Source: Camelus dromedarius (taxonomy: Eukaryota). From it: a stretch of DNA of 64,000 bases. Of this stretch, positions 60,213 to 64,000 are shown in pieces. Positions within the stretch are counted from its first letter, which is position 1, and each line of letters opens with the position of its first letter. The stretch covers positions 10,540,001 through 10,604,000 of the forward strand of contig NC_087462.1 of NCBI RefSeq assembly GCF_036321535.1. The letters run 5' to 3'. Both the position numbers and the translations under genes were made by a program. The notes beneath the pieces are model-generated. The model had not been told where the DNA came from and made no database searches. It worked only from the letters and a program-made list of their open reading frames with translations.

Positions 60213-61507
60213 CCCTGTATATAAAAAAACGTCTGGGACTGAGCCTGCTTCTGTTGGTCTTTTCGTTTGCCCCTTGGGGAGTGGCCTGAGCATGACCGTG
60301 ACCCCTGCCCACCAGGCCCTTTCTGAGATGGGGGAAGGCCCTGGGAACTCCCTGAGGCTTGAGTGGTGCAAAACAGGTGCCATCTGGAAGGACAGTCTCT
60401 CTGCTACCCAGCCCACATCACTCTCCTAACCGGGGGAGTCTCTGGAGAAGTGACTTGTGCCACCTGCCTGGCCTGTGTGGGTCAGTGCCCTTTCCTGGGC
60501 CCACATGTCCCTCCTGTGAAATGGACAGGTCACTTCTTGAAAAGGACATTTGTTAATTTTGTCACCACTTGGCTTCCATCCTCCTTTCTTTTGGGAATGG
60601 AGCTCTGCCCCGTTGGAGGCTGGAGGCAACCTCAGGCCCCTTCCCACAAGTTCTCTCCCCTTCCCTACCCAAGGGGCCCAGACTTGGCATTCTTTCCCTG
60701 CACTTTGCATTCAAAAGGAGTCTTGAAAGACAGAAGCAGCCCAGGCCTGACCCCTGATGAGGCCACAGCCATGGCACTCCAACCTTCCTGTCCATTCTGC
60801 AGACTCCCCAAGATCCTTCCGATAAATCTTTTAGTTAAGTCAGCTGGAGTCATTTCTGTTGCTGGCAACCAGAGATGCCTGGCTGGTGGGGGCCACATCT
60901 CCTGGAAGAGTTTTGGATGTGGCCCATGATGGCCAGTGGGACAGAGGTTTCCTGGGGCTGATGGAGGCTTGTGGGTGATGGATGGTTGTTTGGGGGAAGG
61001 TGAGTTAGAGAGCTGAGTGGGACTAGTTCTCTGCCCCTCCACCCTTCACCCACCTTATATCCCTGGAGGTTGATTCACCTGGGCCCTCAGCCTTCTGCTA
61101 GTGTCAGCCGCAGGGGGCCACCAGCAGGAGGTGGAAGGAAGGAGAAGTCGAGGGGCTTCTCTCCCCATTTCCCTCCCTACATCCCCCAACCCAAGGCCAT
61201 AGCTCCACCAAGTGAGCCTTCAGCTCCCTGCTGTTGCCCATTCTACATGCTTTACCACCCCATGTCAGTTACCCAATTCTGCTACACCTTTGCGAGTAGC
61301 CCCTTTATTACCACCCTCCTGAATCATCCATTCTGAGTGCCTCCTGCTCGCTACCAGGACCCTGCCTGATATGAACATCAGGACTCAACATAAAGGCAAT
61401 TTAGGCTCCCAGGGGTTTTTTCTGGGCCTAGCGTGGGGTTTTGGAGTAGTCCCTAGGAACATTGTCAGGAAATAAGACCTGGGCAGAGGCGAGAAGCAAC
61501 GGCAGGC

Positions 61508-61630
61508 CAGCGCTGCCCAGTAGAACTTTCCATGACGACGGAAACATTCTATATGTACCACTCCCAGCTGCACGGTGTTACAGAGCCCTTGCAAAGTGGC
61601 TAGTGCGACTTAAGGACTGCGTTTCTCATT
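61508..61630 (+). mobile_element. MER3-like hAT DNA transposon remnant
   Basis: CAGCGCTGCCCAGTAGAACTTTC...GGAAACATTCTATAT...GTGGCTAGTGCGACT resembles the recalled MER3 consensus. Confidence 0.7.
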
Positions 61631-61789
61631 TTCTTTAGCTTGAGTTGTTGTACATTTAAGGTTTTTCCTCTACTTTTTTTGTGGCGGTAAAAAATATGTA
61701 GCACATAAAATTTGCCGTTTTTGCCAACAGTTCAGTGGTATTAGGTATGTCCACAATGGTGTGCAATGATCACTGCTGTTAATTTAAAT

Positions 61790-62334
61790 GGTGACCATAA
61801 TTCCTCAGCCCAGCTCAAAGGGGACCTTGGCTGTCATTTCCCTTGCATACCCGCCCTGCCCCAGTCTCTCCATTTCAGTGGTTCTAGACACATGGATGGA
61901 GTCTTGATTCTTCGCTGTCCTCACTCTACCTTATCCCATCAGCAGGACCTGTCCCCTTAGCCTCCAGACCACAAGCTTCTCTGTATCTCCATGGCAACAA
62001 CCAAGGTCCAAGCCACCAGTAATTCTCGCCCAACGAATGTGCTCGTCTCCTCTTGGGGATCCCTGTTTTCCCTCCAGCCACCTTCCAGCTTCATGCAGCA
62101 ACTGGGGAGCTATTGGTATAAAGCAAATCTGATCCTAGACATTACCCCCTACTGAGGTTTAGTGCTGCCACGAGGAGCCCAAATATCCACAGGAACCAAC
62201 AAGGCCCCCAGGATTTGGTCTAATTAACATTTCCAGAGGGGAGGATATAGCTCAGTGGTAGAGTGCATGCTTAGCATGCACAAGGTCCTGGGTTCAATCC
62301 TTAGAACCCCCAAATACATACATACATACATACA

Positions 62335-62368
<34 letters not shown>

Positions 62369-62870
62369 CACACATACATACATACGTACATACCTAATTA
62401 CCTCTCCCCCCAAATAATAAAGTACAACTATTAACATCTCCATATACTTCTATGGAGGCTTTGCCCCTTGCTCACTATGCTCCAGCCACATGGAATTTTT
62501 CTGGATTCCTCAAGCCCACCTTGTTCCTTCTAGCCCCAGGGCCTTTGCACTTGCATTTCCCTTAGCCAGGAACTCCCTCGAAGCCCTGCTCTATCCAAGT
62601 TCTCAACAAAAAGGGCTCTTCCTTAGCCAAAGACATCCCTGCCACCCTGGACTGGGCCAGCATCCCCTGTCATACCAATGTTCAGCTCCCTGTTCGTCTT
62701 CCCTGTGCTTACCACATTTACAGTTTCCTTTTTCTAAAAAACAACAATCATTTTATTTGCTCACCATTCTGTGGGTACATGGTTTTTTCATTCACTTGTC
62801 CAGTACCTGTACTAATATAGCTCAAACACCTGGTGCTGGCCAGAACACTCAGTGCATTTGTAGTTGATGA
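61790..62870 (+). mobile_element. LINE-2 remnant interrupted by the SINE at 62236
   Basis: CCAAGGTCCAAGCCACC and GGGCCTTTGCACTTGCATTTCCC, ending in a TTGATGAATAA tail. Confidence 0.6.
62236..62429 (+). mobile_element. tRNA-derived SINE (Vic-1-like) with an internal (TACA)n microsatellite and a 13-bp TSD
   Basis: Intact A/B boxes (TAGCTCAGTGG, GGTTCAATCC). TSD ATTAACATTTCCA (62223-62235) / ATTAACATCTCCA (62430-62442). About 20 TACA units at about 62314-62393. Confidence 0.9.
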
Positions 62871-63339
62871 ATAATTATTTGTTTCAATGTTGGCTTCCTT
62901 TAACATAATTTTATAAGCTCCATGAGGGAAGCTCCCAAAGGTCTCATGTGACCTGGCATGGAGAAGGTTATCAGTAATTATTTTTACCTGGCTGTCTCCC
63001 TGCTTCTCTGTCAGACCTCAGAAGCAGCTTCACTTGGTCAAGTCCATTCCCTACATGGGATCTGACCTTGTCCCTCTCCAGCAGGCTCCCTGTTGCCCAC
63101 AGATACCACCTAATTTCCTCTGCTTTCCGTTTAAGGGCTTTTAATTCCCCTTGCTAAGCTGGCAGCCACCTCTCTTGTTATGTCCCTCCCACCTTTTGGT
63201 CTGAAGACATAGTGGGCTTCATCCTCACTGTTTTCTGCAGTCACATCAATGGCCCAGCCTTCAGATCTTTGCTATAGCTGTTCTTTCTGCTCAGAATGCC
63301 ATCACAGACCTGGTAGGACTCTACCTGGCACTCATCACT

Positions 63340-63672
63340 CTCTTCTTCCTTTCTAATAGAATTCTGGTTTGGTTTGATCAAACCTATGTGGCTCAGGGGA
63401 AGTTGAGCAGCATAACTCAAGCCTCCTGGGGTATCGGTGGGATTTACTGGGAGAGAGACATCCCCTGGGATTGCTGAGCTGTGAGGATGTGAGTCTGAAG
63501 CTGCCAAGGGCTGTTTGTCACTACGACAACAAGGTCTGCTGGAGGATGGAGAGAGATAATGTCTTCACGCCATTGCTGGAAGTCCTGGATCAAGCTGTGC
63601 CTGAAGCCATCATGTCCCTTGATTTTTAGCTTAAGCCAATTTGTGTTGGACTCCTTGAAACTTGTGACTGAT
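63340..63672 (+). mobile_element. Ancient MaLR LTR (MLT1J/K-like)
   Basis: CCTGGATCAAGCTGTGCCTGAAGCC...GCTTAAGCCAATTTG hallmarks. Confidence 0.6.
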
Positions 63673-64000
63673 TCCTCTCTCTTTGTCTTCTCTCCCCTCT
63701 CTCAAGACTGAGCTGCAAGGGCAGAGAGTTTGCTTGTTTGCTGCTGTGTGTCTACTGTATTAATTCTTGAAGCCCTGGTGACCAGCCCAGGGCTGGGCCC
63801 AGAGTGGACGTCTCATAGATGAAGAATGAATAATGCCAGATGGTGCGGGTAGAAACCATGAGCACTACACTATTGGTGTATGGAGATGAGAGAGGAGTTC
63901 CCTCCAAGCAGGTGGTGAGTGATGTCTGCCTGGAAGAGGCGGCAGCTGACTTGGACTTTGAAGAATGGGTAGAATCCATGAAGAAGGGAGAGTGTTCCAG

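Noticed and set aside
62238-62310. tRNA-like sequences (also at 4180, 7203, 19740, 21458)
   Set aside because: These are SINE heads: no proper acceptor stem, followed by SINE body, A-rich or TACA tails, and TSDs in some copies.

Overview
Mammalian genomic DNA, most likely a camelid (five copies of a Vic-1-like tRNA-derived SINE; no Alu, Bov-tA/BovB or PRE-1 seen). The gene order matches human 19p13.11: ELL (exon 1, minus), FKBP8 (minus), KXD1 (+), UBA52 (+), REX1BD/C19orf60 (+), CRLF1 (minus), TMEM59L (+). I reconstructed exon structures by hand from splice sites, and the phases are consistent. Two coding exons fall inside N-gaps: UBA52 exon 2 and CRLF1 exon 7. The rest is CpG islands, L1/L2/MIR/MaLR/hAT remnants and short tandem repeats. 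The long GC-rich ORFs in the track are artefacts. I see no clear novel gene system. The best leads are: an unidentified 77-nt poly(A)-tailed retro-insertion with a perfect 13-bp TSD; a 5-fold repeated CRE-like + ATTATTCAT composite upstream of ELL; heat-shock elements in FKBP8 introns; dual-frame terminal exons in CRLF1; a possible TM-less TMEM59L isoform; and a possibly in-frame KXD1-ubiquitin read-through. Gene names and human comparisons come from recalled sequences, not database searches. Repeat boundaries are approximate.
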